Below, in pieces: positions 10,033-20,311 of a DNA stretch of 64,000 bases. Below the pieces are notes generated by a model. It was not told the DNA's origin. It saw only the letters and a program-made list of their open reading frames with translations, and made no database searches. Every line of letters begins with the position of its first letter. Position 1 is the stretch's first letter. The position numbers were made by a program, and so were the translations under genes. This DNA comes from an uncultured Eubacteriales bacterium (GTDB lineage: Bacteria > Bacillota > Clostridia > Christensenellales > UBA1242). The stretch is from contig CASDSK010000043.1 of the NCBI GenBank assembly GCA_949283525.1, positions 1,113 to 65,112 on the forward strand, read 5' to 3'.

Positions 10033-11715
10033 TTATTTCTCTTTTTTTATATTTTTTGCCCAATTTTTCATTTGTTTAGCAAATTCTATAGCGTGATTAC
10101 CTATGTTTTCACCACCAGATAATCTAGCGATTTCTAATAATGATTCGTCTTCATTTAATTGTGACAATATAGAATAAGTCTTATTATTTTTTTCTATTTT
10201 TTGTATTTTGAATAAATAATCAGCCATAGATACAATTTGTGATAGATGTGATATTGTAATAACCTGACAAGTTTTAGAAATATTGTTAAGTTTAATCGCA
10301 ATAACTTGTCCTATATGCCCACTAATACCTGCGTCAATTTCATCATATATTTGCGTCCCTATATTGTTTATTTTAGCAAAAATGGTTTTAATTCCCAACA
10401 TAAATCTAGATAATTCACCACCACTTATAATTTTATTTAGACTCTTTACAGGTTCTCCTAGATTGGCTGAAAACATAAATTCTACTTTGTCTATTCCCAA
10501 TGCATAGAAATCTACTTTATCAAACTTAACAACAAAAGATGCACTATTCATTCCCAATTCTTTAAACTGTAACGACATTTCATTTTCTAGTTTTTTCGCA
10601 ATCTCTTGCCGTTTTTGTGATAATTTTTGTGCAACTATCATTAATTGATTTTTAGTTTCATTAATTTCGTTTGTAATTTTATCTATAATTTCATTACAAT
10701 TATTCAAATTAGTTAATTGATTTTCTGCTATTTCTAATGCATTCAAAATATCTTGTATTTGATTACCATATTTTCGTTTTAACAATTTTATGCTATCTAA
10801 TCTTTGGTCTATCTCATTAAATTCTTGTTCATTAAATTCACAATTATTAGATAAATTTGATATTTCATTTATTATGTCATCTAGTTCTATTTCTAATGAT
10901 TTTAGTCTATTAACTAAATTTTCTGCATTATTATCAATGCTTATTATATTATTGAGTTTGTTTTTGGCTAAATTAATTGCAAGCCTTGCATTATATTCAC
11001 TTTCGTCTAACGTCATTTTAGCAAAATTATATGCGTCTGCCAATTTTTCTGCATTAAGCATAACATTTTTTTTGTTAGTTAATTCTATATCTTCGTCAAT
11101 TTGTGGATTAATCATTTTAATTTCATTAATTTGATAAGTTAAATAATCTATTTTATTTAACCTTTCTTTCTCATCTCCACCATACTCTTGTAATTGCTTA
11201 TATAAATTATACAATTTATCATATATCAATTTATATTCGTTCAAGATATTTTGAATATCTTTTCCACCAAAATCATCTAAAATAGAAAGGTGTTTGCGCT
11301 CATCTAATAAATTTGAATGTTCAAATTGACCATATATGTCAATAATAGACGCTGTTAATCTTTTGAGCATAGACAATGAGAATGGCATACCATTGACTTT
11401 AATATCACTTTTACCGTCAACAAACATTTTTCTAACAATAACAATATTTTCTTCGACAGGGACTTCTAATTCATTTAAAACTTCTGTTATTTGATTATTA
11501 ATATTTATTATAAAATTTGCAGTAACTTTCGCATAGTCTGCTCCCGTTCTAATTAAAGTTTTATCTGCACGCGAACCTAAAGCAAAACTTAACGCATTTA
11601 TTATAATACTTTTACCTGCTCCCGTTTCCCCACTAATTACATTTAATCCTTCATAAAATTCAATGTATTGCTCTTCAATTAATGCAACATTTTCAATCTT
11701 TAACGATTTTAACAT
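10033..11715 (-). CDS. recN: DNA repair protein RecN
   Basis: MLKSLKIENVALIEE start, Walker A GETGAGKS, long coiled-coil middle, SGGELSR signature, YDEIDAG Walker B. The ATG at 11715 is preferred (GAGGA 5 nt upstream) over 11727. Confidence 0.9.
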   Translation of the reverse strand: MLKSLKIENVALIEEQYIEFYEGLNVISGETGAGKSIIINALSFALGSRADKTLIRTGADYAKVTANFIININNQITEVLNELEVPVEENIVIVRKMFVDGKSDIKVNGMPFSLSMLKRLTASIIDIYGQFEHSNLLDERKHLSILDDFGGKDIQNILNEYKLIYDKLYNLYKQLQEYGGDEKERLNKIDYLTYQINEIKMINPQIDEDIELTNKKNVMLNAEKLADAYNFAKMTLDESEYNARLAINLAKNKLNNIISIDNNAENLVNRLKSLEIELDDIINEISNLSNNCEFNEQEFNEIDQRLDSIKLLKRKYGNQIQDILNALEIAENQLTNLNNCNEIIDKITNEINETKNQLMIVAQKLSQKRQEIAKKLENEMSLQFKELGMNSASFVVKFDKVDFYALGIDKVEFMFSANLGEPVKSLNKIISGGELSRFMLGIKTIFAKINNIGTQIYDEIDAGISGHIGQVIAIKLNNISKTCQVITISHLSQIVSMADYLFKIQKIEKNNKTYSILSQLNEDESLLEIARLSGGENIGNHAIEFAKQMKNWAKNIKKEK

Positions 11716-11761
11716 TTGTATCCTCATTTAGAAATTTTGTTTTAATTATTATAACATAATC

Positions 11762-11789
11762 AAAAAAAATAGGCAAGTTTATTGCCTAC
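11762..11789 (-). terminator. rho-independent terminator after the PrsA-like gene
   Basis: Minus strand: TAGGCAA-loop-TTGCCTA followed by T8. Confidence 0.6.
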
Positions 11790-11805
11790 TTTAAACATTT
11801 AATTA

Positions 11806-13494
11806 TTAATTATTTTTATAAAAGTCTTTAAGCCTAGATTTATTAATAACTATATTCATATCTTCTCTTAATTGTTCAATTATTTTTGTTTGTTGATTGC
11901 TATAATCATTTTTTGTTACTTTAGATATAAATAAATCTAACATATTTTTGTCACTAGAACTTTTGAGTGGTGTATCCCACAAATTTTGTAATGTTGTGTT
12001 GTCCCCTGAAATAGTTACATTAGTTGGAACTCCTGTGTACATAATTATATGAGCACCGTATTCTGTATAAACTAATTTTGATACACTAGACACACCTTGC
12101 TTTTGTAATTCTCTTGAAGCATTAGCAAATTCTTCAACCATTGAGTCATATTCGTCATCAAGTGGTATAGCATAATCAAAGTCACGTGTCAAAAATGAAC
12201 TTTCTGTTGTATATTTATAAATTAAATCAGTAAATGCGTCTATTCTTCTTGTTGCATCATTTCCATAAACAGCAAGCGTATTATTAACTTCTTCTAATAT
12301 ACTTTCAGCAGATTTAACTACAGCAGTTTCTTTTCCTTCACTATCTCTTGCTGTTGCTTTAAGTTGCGTTCTAAGGTTTTCGACATTGGCATCACGTTCA
12401 ACTTGAGTAATTATACCCTTTTTGACTTGTGAATCCCATTCTTCTATTAATGCTTTTTGTTCATCATTATAGCCTATCAATATATGAGAAACATAGAACC
12501 AACCTTCTGTTGGATGATAATATACGCTTGTATTATCACTCTTCATTGCTTCATTGTATGCGTCAATATCGTTTGAATACAATTCAATTTGTGATTTTAT
12601 TGTTGTATTAAATAAATCTAATACTTCATTAGCATTGATGATATAGTTAGAGTTAAAAATTTCTTCGTATTTTTCAATATATTTATTATCTAGTTGTATT
12701 TCATATACTCTATTAAGTTCTCTTTCAAAAATCGCCCAAGAAGTGTTATCGTCAAAATCTTTGTAACTTTCTGCAGATTTCAAATCTTTAACAAATCTTT
12801 TCATTTCTTCTTCACGTATACCATCACTATATTGAGTTATTTTGGTCTTAACAGCACCAACAGTAGTAAAACCTACTTCATTGCTTTCGCTTTCTTGCCA
12901 AAAATATTGCTTAAATGGATTAGGATTTATTGGCACGTTTTCATCAACTTGGTCTTCGTTATCAACCTTTTGAAGTTCCCCATTTACGGTTATATACTCG
13001 TGTTTGTAATCTTGTCTTCCAATAAATTCTTCTTTAGTATCTTCTTCTTCACTAGTGCTTGCATCTTGTTCTAAATCCCAATCAGTATATATCTCTGCTT
13101 CGTAAGAATCAAGTTTCTCATAAACATAATTGTATGTTTCCGTCCAACATTCATTAATGTCAACGTTTGTTAATTTGTATGTGCTTTCTTCGCCATTTTT
13201 GTAGTTTTTAAGATAATTAACAAATAATTTTCTATTAATTATCATATTTACAATTTCTTCGGTTGCTTCAGCGTTAGACATACCATTTTGAATATATGAA
13301 GATGCATAATTAGCATAATAATTCAAAAATTCTTCCATAGTAACTTCTATTTTGTAACTTTTGTCACTACTTGTAGCAGTAGCCACTATTTGCGACATAT
13401 ATTTCTGTTGATTTGTTGTCACTAATGTACAACCACTAAATATTGATATCGTTATAATTAGTAATGCTAAAACAATATAATTAAATTTATTCAC
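11806..13494 (-). CDS. PrsA/SurA-like foldase lipoprotein (parvulin-type PPIase, divergent)
   Basis: Lipobox ISIFSGC. SurA_N-like N-terminal region. C-terminal parvulin-like GWFYVSHILIGY...YGAHIIMY. Confidence 0.5.
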   Translation of the reverse strand: MNKFNYIVLALLIITISIFSGCTLVTTNQQKYMSQIVATATSSDKSYKIEVTMEEFLNYYANYASSYIQNGMSNAEATEEIVNMIINRKLFVNYLKNYKNGEESTYKLTNVDINECWTETYNYVYEKLDSYEAEIYTDWDLEQDASTSEEEDTKEEFIGRQDYKHEYITVNGELQKVDNEDQVDENVPINPNPFKQYFWQESESNEVGFTTVGAVKTKITQYSDGIREEEMKRFVKDLKSAESYKDFDDNTSWAIFERELNRVYEIQLDNKYIEKYEEIFNSNYIINANEVLDLFNTTIKSQIELYSNDIDAYNEAMKSDNTSVYYHPTEGWFYVSHILIGYNDEQKALIEEWDSQVKKGIITQVERDANVENLRTQLKATARDSEGKETAVVKSAESILEEVNNTLAVYGNDATRRIDAFTDLIYKYTTESSFLTRDFDYAIPLDDEYDSMVEEFANASRELQKQGVSSVSKLVYTEYGAHIIMYTGVPTNVTISGDNTTLQNLWDTPLKSSSDKNMLDLFISKVTKNDYSNQQTKIIEQLREDMNIVINKSRLKDFYKNN

Positions 13495-13584
13495 AATATT
13501 TCTCCAATTTAAAATTCTCTATGCAAAAGTTGTTTTTATTATATCAAACTTTTTGTGTAAATGCAAACATTTAATCAAAAATAA

Positions 13585-16500
13585 TTAAGAATTATTAATT
13601 AATTCATCTATTTGCTTGATGATATCATTATTCTTAGGTAATTCAAAAATATAAATTTCGCCAATTTGACTTATTTTCCCCATTGTTTCAATACTTTTTG
13701 TCAACTCTGGTTTTCTATTAAATTCTATTTGATTTTTGCCATTACACTTAAAAATTATACTTTTTGCACCCATATTTTTGTAAATGTTTTTTAGCGTTGC
13801 TATTTTCATTAAATTTTTTGTACACAATGGTAATGACCCAAACTCATTTATTAATTTATCGGTTTCAATCTTTAACTGGTCTTTGTTACTGATTTTGCTT
13901 ATTCTATCAATAACTTCCATTTTAATTTTGTCATCACTAATATAATAATTAGGTATTTCTGCTTGTATGTCAATGTCTACTCTAATCTCTACTTCTTGCT
14001 TATCTTCTTGCCCTTTCAAAGTAGATATAACTTCTTCTAGAAGTTTACAATACATATCATAACCAACTTTCTCTAGATGCCCACTTTGTTTTTCGCCCAA
14101 TACCGTTCCAGCACCTCTTAATTCTAAATCTCGCATAGATATTTTGAACCCACTTCCTAAATCTGTGTATTCTTGTATCGCTTGCAATCTCTTCGCACTT
14201 TCTTGCGTAAGTGACCTAAAATCACTAAACGTAAAATACGCGTATGCTTGTTGATTTGAGCGTCCCACTCTACCACGCAGTTGATACAAAGAACTTAAAC
14301 CAAATTTATCTGCATCTATAATTATCATAGTGTTAGCGTTAGGCAAATCTACCCCATTTTCAATTAAAGTTGTAGCAACTAACACATCGATTTTACAATC
14401 AAACATACCTTTCATCGTGTTCTCTAATTGCGTTTTGTCCATTTGCCCATGTGCGAACTGAATATTTAGATTAGGGAAAAATTCTTGAATTTTGTAAGTA
14501 AATTTTTCTATGCCTTCAATCCTATTTCTAATAATTAATACTTGTCCGTTTCTGTCTATCTCTCTTTGAATAACTGTTTTGATTAGGTTATCATTATATT
14601 CACATATAGTAGTTTGTACACTTTTTCTTAATTTTGGAGCAGTATTTATAGTCGAAATGTCCCTAATTCCTACCAACGACATATGCAAAGTTCTAGGAAT
14701 TGGAGTTGCAGACATTGACAATACATCAATATTATGCTTTAATTTTTTTATTTTCTCTTTGTCATTAACTCCTAATTTTTGTTCTTCATCACAAATTAAT
14801 AGTCCTAAATCTTTAAATTTTATTTTTGGCGATAATACTTTTTGAGTACCTATTAATAAATCTATTTCACCACTTTCTACTTTTTGTAAAATTTCTTTCT
14901 GTTCTCTAGCCGTTTTAAACCTATTTAAAACTGCAATTTTGACACCAAAATCTTTAAATCTAGACAAAGCAGACTTGTAATGCTGTTCACTCAAAACTGT
15001 AGTTGGAGCCAAAAATACGACTTGCTTACCATTGTCAATCGCTATCATACAAGCACGAAACGCTACTTCCGTTTTACCATATCCTACGTCGCCACATATA
15101 AGTCTATCCATTATTTTATTGCTACTCATATCGTGCTTTATATCTTCGATTGCTTTAAGTTGGTCATTAGTTTCTTCATACATAAAACTTTCATCAAATT
15201 GCTGTTGCACAAAAGTATTTACTTCATACTTAAACCCTTTTAATTTCTCTCGCTCGGCGTAAATTTTTAGCATATCTACAGCCATAACGGCAAGTTGTTC
15301 TTTAACTCGTTTCTTGGCTCTTTCAAATTCTGCGCCACCTATCTTATTTAATTTAGGATTTTCTTGTCCTATATATTTGGTTATTGAATCAGCGTTCTCT
15401 ACAGGTAAATATAATTTATCACTACCATCATACTTAATGACTATATAATCACGCACAAAACTGCTAATCTTAAGTTTTTGTATTCCTAGACATAAACCTA
15501 TACCGTGAAAATTATGAACAACATAATCTCCTTCTTGTGGCAATTCAAAAAAAGGTGCATCTACTCGATTTTGTGTATTTTTATTTAATTTAAAATTTCC
15601 ATAAGGGATTAATGCTATTCTCTCCCCATTCAATATACAACCTAAAGGCAAAGTTTTATTAATAATTTTTAAACCTTTTTCAAATGATTTGTCTATTTCA
15701 TTTTGAATTTCAAAATTAATTAATTTATTTTGTAAAATATCGCCCAAAAAACTTTTGTCTATTTCTGAAGTTGTAAATATGTTTACTGCATATTCTTTTT
15801 TTAATAATTCTTTAATATCATTTATAAGTAATTCAGGCTTATTTTTATAATTTTGTGTTGCAGTTGTATCAAACTCTAAATCCATTTTAGAACCAAAATT
15901 ATCAAAAACTATACTTTGTGACTTATCTAAAAATTCACTAACATCCTTATAACTATGAAAATTTTCACTATAATTTGTATATAATTGACCGCCGTCAATT
16001 AATTCGTTTATTTGTTTATTAAGACTATCATAATAATTTTCTAATGATTGTTTAACTACATTAGTATCATCTATAACTACTGTATAATTATCTATATAGT
16101 CAAATATGTAAGCATTGTTTAATGCAAAATTAACAAATGATAAACTATTAATATGCGATAATGATTTTATATTATCTTGTAATTGCATTTTTAAGTTTTC
16201 AAAACTCGCTTGGGCTTCCACATTGCCACTCGTACTTAGCGAATTAACAACATCTTGTAATTTCCCTATATCTTCTTCAAAAACAAAAGTATTAGGTGCT
16301 ATTTCAACTTCTTCAAGTTGCTCTAACACTACATTGTCTTCAAAATTCATTTTTTTTATGCTTTCTATTTCAGTATCAAAAAAACTAATACGCACTGATT
16401 GGTTAGTTCCATATACATCAATTATATCTCCACGAATGGCATATTGACCTTTTTTCTCAACTTTACTAACTCTTTGATAGCCTAGACAATTAAAATGTAA

Positions 16501-16896
16501 ATTTTCTCTATCGATATTTTCGCCTACTTTAAATTTAATATAATTTCGCGACCATTTTTCTTTATTAGGATATTTTTTACTTAAGCATCTTACATCTATT
16601 ATTAAACAGTCATAATTTTCTGTTTTAAGTGCACTCAATATTTCATAATCTTGTGAATTATCAAAAAGTGTATATGTTAAAGGATTGTCGACATATTTGA
16701 CTATCAGTGGATTTCTGGATAATGTTTTCAATTGTTCATAAATTTCATCTATTTTATCACTATTGCTTACCACATAAACAAAAAACTCCTTAAGACACGC
16801 ACTTAAGAATATTTTTTGACCTAATTGACATCCACCAACTAATAATTTTTCTTTCTTATGCTCTATAAATTGCTGTAATTGAGAAGTTAATTCCAT
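13585..16896 (-). CDS. mfd: transcription-repair coupling factor
   Basis: 1103 aa. CarD-like DYVVHNFHGIG, helicase motifs GDVGYGKTEVA and DEEQKLG, QLRGRVGRS. Confidence 0.92.
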   Translation of the reverse strand: MELTSQLQQFIEHKKEKLLVGGCQLGQKIFLSACLKEFFVYVVSNSDKIDEIYEQLKTLSRNPLIVKYVDNPLTYTLFDNSQDYEILSALKTENYDCLIIDVRCLSKKYPNKEKWSRNYIKFKVGENIDRENLHFNCLGYQRVSKVEKKGQYAIRGDIIDVYGTNQSVRISFFDTEIESIKKMNFEDNVVLEQLEEVEIAPNTFVFEEDIGKLQDVVNSLSTSGNVEAQASFENLKMQLQDNIKSLSHINSLSFVNFALNNAYIFDYIDNYTVVIDDTNVVKQSLENYYDSLNKQINELIDGGQLYTNYSENFHSYKDVSEFLDKSQSIVFDNFGSKMDLEFDTTATQNYKNKPELLINDIKELLKKEYAVNIFTTSEIDKSFLGDILQNKLINFEIQNEIDKSFEKGLKIINKTLPLGCILNGERIALIPYGNFKLNKNTQNRVDAPFFELPQEGDYVVHNFHGIGLCLGIQKLKISSFVRDYIVIKYDGSDKLYLPVENADSITKYIGQENPKLNKIGGAEFERAKKRVKEQLAVMAVDMLKIYAEREKLKGFKYEVNTFVQQQFDESFMYEETNDQLKAIEDIKHDMSSNKIMDRLICGDVGYGKTEVAFRACMIAIDNGKQVVFLAPTTVLSEQHYKSALSRFKDFGVKIAVLNRFKTAREQKEILQKVESGEIDLLIGTQKVLSPKIKFKDLGLLICDEEQKLGVNDKEKIKKLKHNIDVLSMSATPIPRTLHMSLVGIRDISTINTAPKLRKSVQTTICEYNDNLIKTVIQREIDRNGQVLIIRNRIEGIEKFTYKIQEFFPNLNIQFAHGQMDKTQLENTMKGMFDCKIDVLVATTLIENGVDLPNANTMIIIDADKFGLSSLYQLRGRVGRSNQQAYAYFTFSDFRSLTQESAKRLQAIQEYTDLGSGFKISMRDLELRGAGTVLGEKQSGHLEKVGYDMYCKLLEEVISTLKGQEDKQEVEIRVDIDIQAEIPNYYISDDKIKMEVIDRISKISNKDQLKIETDKLINEFGSLPLCTKNLMKIATLKNIYKNMGAKSIIFKCNGKNQIEFNRKPELTKSIETMGKISQIGEIYIFELPKNNDIIKQIDELINNS

Positions 16897-16907
16897 ATTC
16901 GTACCAC

Positions 16908-17450
16908 TTATATTTGAAATGTATGATTATTTTTTATCATATCTATAATTTTATTTTTTGCATTTTTAACTGATTCACGCAAAATTTCCATTTTTTCTTT
17001 AGGCATAGGGGCTAAAACATAGTCTTCAAGAGGAATGTTTTCATTCTTGCCAACTCCTATTTTTACTCTTGCAAAATTTTCTGTGCCTAGCATTTCTACA
17101 CAATTTTTTAGCCCATTATGCGTCCCACCACTTCCGTGTGCTCTATATCTTATAGTGCCAACGGGCAAGTCGATATCATCTGCCACAACTATAATGTTAG
17201 TAAGTGGTATTTTGAATTTGGACACAAACTCTTGTATGCTCACACCACTTTTGTTCATATAAGTTTGTGGTTTCGCTATTATAACTTTTTCGCCACAAAA
17301 AAAACCTTCAGCAATTAATGCTTTACATTTATTCTTAGTAAATTCTAATTGCATATCTTGTGCTATCGCATCTGCAGTCATAAACCCCATATTGTGTGGA
17401 GTATTATCAAAATTTTTGCCATAATTACCTAATCCCACTATTAAATACAT
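16908..17450 (-). CDS. pth: peptidyl-tRNA hydrolase
   Basis: MYLIVGLGNYG...TPHNMGF...GGTHNGLKN. Confidence 0.9.
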   Translation of the reverse strand: MYLIVGLGNYGKNFDNTPHNMGFMTADAIAQDMQLEFTKNKCKALIAEGFFCGEKVIIAKPQTYMNKSGVSIQEFVSKFKIPLTNIIVVADDIDLPVGTIRYRAHGSGGTHNGLKNCVEMLGTENFARVKIGVGKNENIPLEDYVLAPMPKEKMEILRESVKNAKNKIIDMIKNNHTFQI

Positions 17451-17458
17451 TTATACAC

Positions 17459-18007
17459 CTATTTATCCTTTTTTTCTCTTATTTCTTTAAAAAAGTTTGT
17501 AACTATTTGTCCACATTGATTTTGCAAGATTCCACCTATAATTTCTTTTGGTCTATGATTAAATCTTTCATCTTTAGGCAAATTATACAAACTACCACAA
17601 CAACCAGCTTTTTTGTCAAATGCACCAAATATAACCCTATTAATTCTAGCATTAATGATAGCGCCACTGCACATTGGACAAGGTTCTACTGTTACATATA
17701 AATCACATTCCGTTAAATGCCAAGTTTTTAATTTTTTACACGCCTTCTTAATTGCTAATATTTCTGCGTGTGCTGTAGCATCTAAAGTTTTTTGTCTTAA
17801 ATTATGTGCTTTGGATATTATTTTATTTTTGTATACAATTATTGCACCAATTGGCACATCTCCTTTTTTTTCTGCTTTTTTTGCTTCTTTTATCGCTTTA
17901 AGCATATAGTACTCTTCATTGTTGGCGCACTTGTATTTTGTATCAAATAAACAAGATATTTCTACTTCATTTTTTAAAAGATTTTTTCTTCCATTATCTT
18001 CACTCAT
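17459..18007 (-). CDS. tadA: tRNA-specific adenosine-34 deaminase
   Basis: Zinc motifs HAEILAI and VEPCPMCSGAI. About 30 extra N-terminal residues if the ATG at 18007 is used. That ATG overlaps the extended rsmD frame. Confidence 0.85.
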   Translation of the reverse strand: MSEDNGRKNLLKNEVEISCLFDTKYKCANNEEYYMLKAIKEAKKAEKKGDVPIGAIIVYKNKIISKAHNLRQKTLDATAHAEILAIKKACKKLKTWHLTECDLYVTVEPCPMCSGAIINARINRVIFGAFDKKAGCCGSLYNLPKDERFNHRPKEIIGGILQNQCGQIVTNFFKEIREKKDK

Positions 18008-18569
18008 TTTCTTCCTCTGTTACTTGCTTAGGTTTAAGAACTAATATTCTTTTGATACCAAATGTACGGTTTTTAAGTTCTTCATACAATTCATAAATCT
18101 GTGGTGGCAAAGAGTCGCTTTTCGCCATTTCCACTACACATATTCCTTTTTAACTTAACAAACCTAATTTATTTATTTGTAGCAATGCTTTTGTTTCCAT
18201 TTCTTTATGATAAGGTGGGTCCAATAAAATTATGTCAAATATTTTATTCTTCCTTTTTAATAAATTTAACGCTTGCAAATAGTCTAATTTAATTATCTCA
18301 GGTTTGTAATTCATTGATAGTGCGTTTTTCTTTATTAGTTCGCAACTTTTTGGATTGTTATCAACAAATATAACTTCTTTGGCGTATCTACTTAAACATT
18401 CTAACCCCAATGCACCTGAGCCACCAAATAAATCTAAAACTGTTGAATCTTCAATATAGTCATTTATGAGCCCAAACATACTTGTCTTCACTAAATCTGC
18501 TGTAGGTCTTGTCCCTTCAAAATTAGGCAATAATAATTTCTTACCTCTATTTCTCCCACTTATAATTCT
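18000..18569 (-). pseudogene. rsmD: 16S rRNA (guanine966-N2)-methyltransferase RsmD interrupted by one in-frame TAA
   Basis: MRIISGRNRGKKL...DLFGGSGALGLE...LDPPY is followed by TAA at 18150-18152. The same frame then stays open for 49 more codons (KGICVVEMAKSDSLPPQIYELYEELKNRTFGIKRILVLKPK...), which look like the normal RsmD C-terminus. It ends at TGA 18000-18002, overlapping the tadA start. Confidence 0.6.
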
Positions 18570-18682
18570 CATAGCATTAATATAACATATTTTACTAATT
18601 CTTTCAACAAAATACACAATAAAATAAAAAAACCTTTATATTAAGTCATTTACATACAAAACATAAAGATTATAATTTCATA

Positions 18683-20050
18683 CTAATATCTAATCATATT
18701 AAAATTTGTTAGCACTTCATACTCTATTGTGTTAGATAATTTTGCTAATTCGCGTGCTGTTATAATTTCTTCGCCATCCTGACCTAAAATTGTTACCCAT
18801 TTACCTATAATTTCGTTATTGTTATGTAATTTGGTTTCATTTTCTTTATCATTTTCTAAATTATCAATATTACTTTTAATATATGACACGACACTATTTA
18901 TTATTTTCTCTATTGGCAACATTTCTATAAAACTTTCATCTAAGAAATTTTGAGACTTAAATAATTTATAAATGGTGTCGTTACTCATAAAAATACTTTG
19001 TGTATTATTATCAAATAAACCACTTATATCATCCATAAAATTGTGTTTATTTTCATTTTGTTTATTCTTTTCATCAATATTAGATTGACTATGATTAAAT
19101 AGATGTGTTACATCAATCATAAACATATCCATACAAATTCTGCCAACAATTTTACATCTTTGACCTTCGAATATTACGTAGCCATCTTTGTATGCTCTAA
19201 TAAATCCATCAGCATAGCCCATAGCAACTACTGCTATTTTCATATCGCTTTTTGCTACAAATTCTCCACCATAACCTACTGTTTCGCCTTCTTGTATGTC
19301 TATGACATTAACTATTTTAGCCTGAATATTCAATGCTGGTTTTAATTCTAATTTATTAGTTTGGTCATAACCATACATCGCAATTCCTACCCTAACCATA
19401 TCATAAGCATATTTACTAGATTTCAAAAATCCAGAAGAATTACTAGCGTGAATAATAATTTTATTAAGTACTTTTTTAGGTAAAGTATTTATTATAGATA
19501 AAAATTTAGCATTTTGTCTTTTTAATTTATAACTGTTTTTGTTTTCAGCCGTTGCAAAATGTGTGTATATACCTTCAATTTTTATTAAATTGCAACTTTT
19601 TAGTGTGTTATAAATCTCTAAAAATTCTTTTTTAGTTTTAACACCCAGTCTATTCATACCTGTATTAATTTTGATATGCACATAGACTTTTTTATGTAAA
19701 GACATTGCTGTGCTTATAATATGGGCTACGTCATCTAAATTATCAACTGTTAATCTAATATGATTTTTGATTAAACTTTCCAAATCGCCATAATTAAATT
19801 TACTAAGTAATAAAATATTATTTTTTATTTTCAATTTTTTAATATTTAATGCTTCTTGAACCGTTGCGACTGCAAAAAAGTCTACCAAATCTTGAATGTC
19901 TTGGCAAATTTCAATTCCGTGTCCATAGGCATTCGCTTTAACTACAGCACAAAATTTAGCATTATTTACGCTTTTTAATTTTATAATATTGTGTCTAATA
20001 TTATTTATGTTTACATTCTTTCTAATCATAAACAATATATATGAAAACAT
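18683..20050 (-). CDS. alr: alanine racemase with a ~99-aa insertion in the C-terminal domain
   Basis: AVVKANAYGHG (PLP lysine motif), GRICMDMFMIDVT, C-terminal ITARELAKLSNTIEYEVLT. The start may be the internal MIRKN (20029). Confidence 0.85.
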   Translation of the reverse strand: MFSYILFMIRKNVNINNIRHNIIKLKSVNNAKFCAVVKANAYGHGIEICQDIQDLVDFFAVATVQEALNIKKLKIKNNILLLSKFNYGDLESLIKNHIRLTVDNLDDVAHIISTAMSLHKKVYVHIKINTGMNRLGVKTKKEFLEIYNTLKSCNLIKIEGIYTHFATAENKNSYKLKRQNAKFLSIINTLPKKVLNKIIIHASNSSGFLKSSKYAYDMVRVGIAMYGYDQTNKLELKPALNIQAKIVNVIDIQEGETVGYGGEFVAKSDMKIAVVAMGYADGFIRAYKDGYVIFEGQRCKIVGRICMDMFMIDVTHLFNHSQSNIDEKNKQNENKHNFMDDISGLFDNNTQSIFMSNDTIYKLFKSQNFLDESFIEMLPIEKIINSVVSYIKSNIDNLENDKENETKLHNNNEIIGKWVTILGQDGEEIITARELAKLSNTIEYEVLTNFNMIRY

Positions 20051-20166
20051 TAAGAAAAAAGTTACAAAATTAAATTTACTTTAATAAAATATTATAGATA
20101 AAATTATTTTGAAATTTCTTAAAACACTTGATTTTTTTGTTAATATATGCTATATTAATTAAATAA

Positions 20167-20251
20167 GCGGTCGTGGCGGAACTGGCAGACGCGCAAGACT
20201 AAGGATCTTGTGTCTCACGACATGGAGGTTCAAGTCCTCTCGATCGCACCA
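20167..20251 (+). tRNA. tRNA-Leu, class II long variable arm, anticodon reads AAG
   Basis: Acceptor GCGGTCG/CGATCGC plus ACCA. Anticodon stem CAAGA/TCTTG with loop CTAAGGA (anticodon at 20201-20203). T-arm GGAGG-TTCAAGT-CCTCT. 85 nt. Confidence 0.85.
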
Positions 20252-20274
20252 AAAGGCTTATGCCTTTTTTTTTT
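20252..20274 (+). terminator. terminator after tRNA-Leu
   Basis: AAGGC-TTAT-GCCTT followed by T10. Confidence 0.6.
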
Positions 20275-20311
20275 ATTTAACAAAATGAAATATTTATAGT
20301 ATAATAATATT

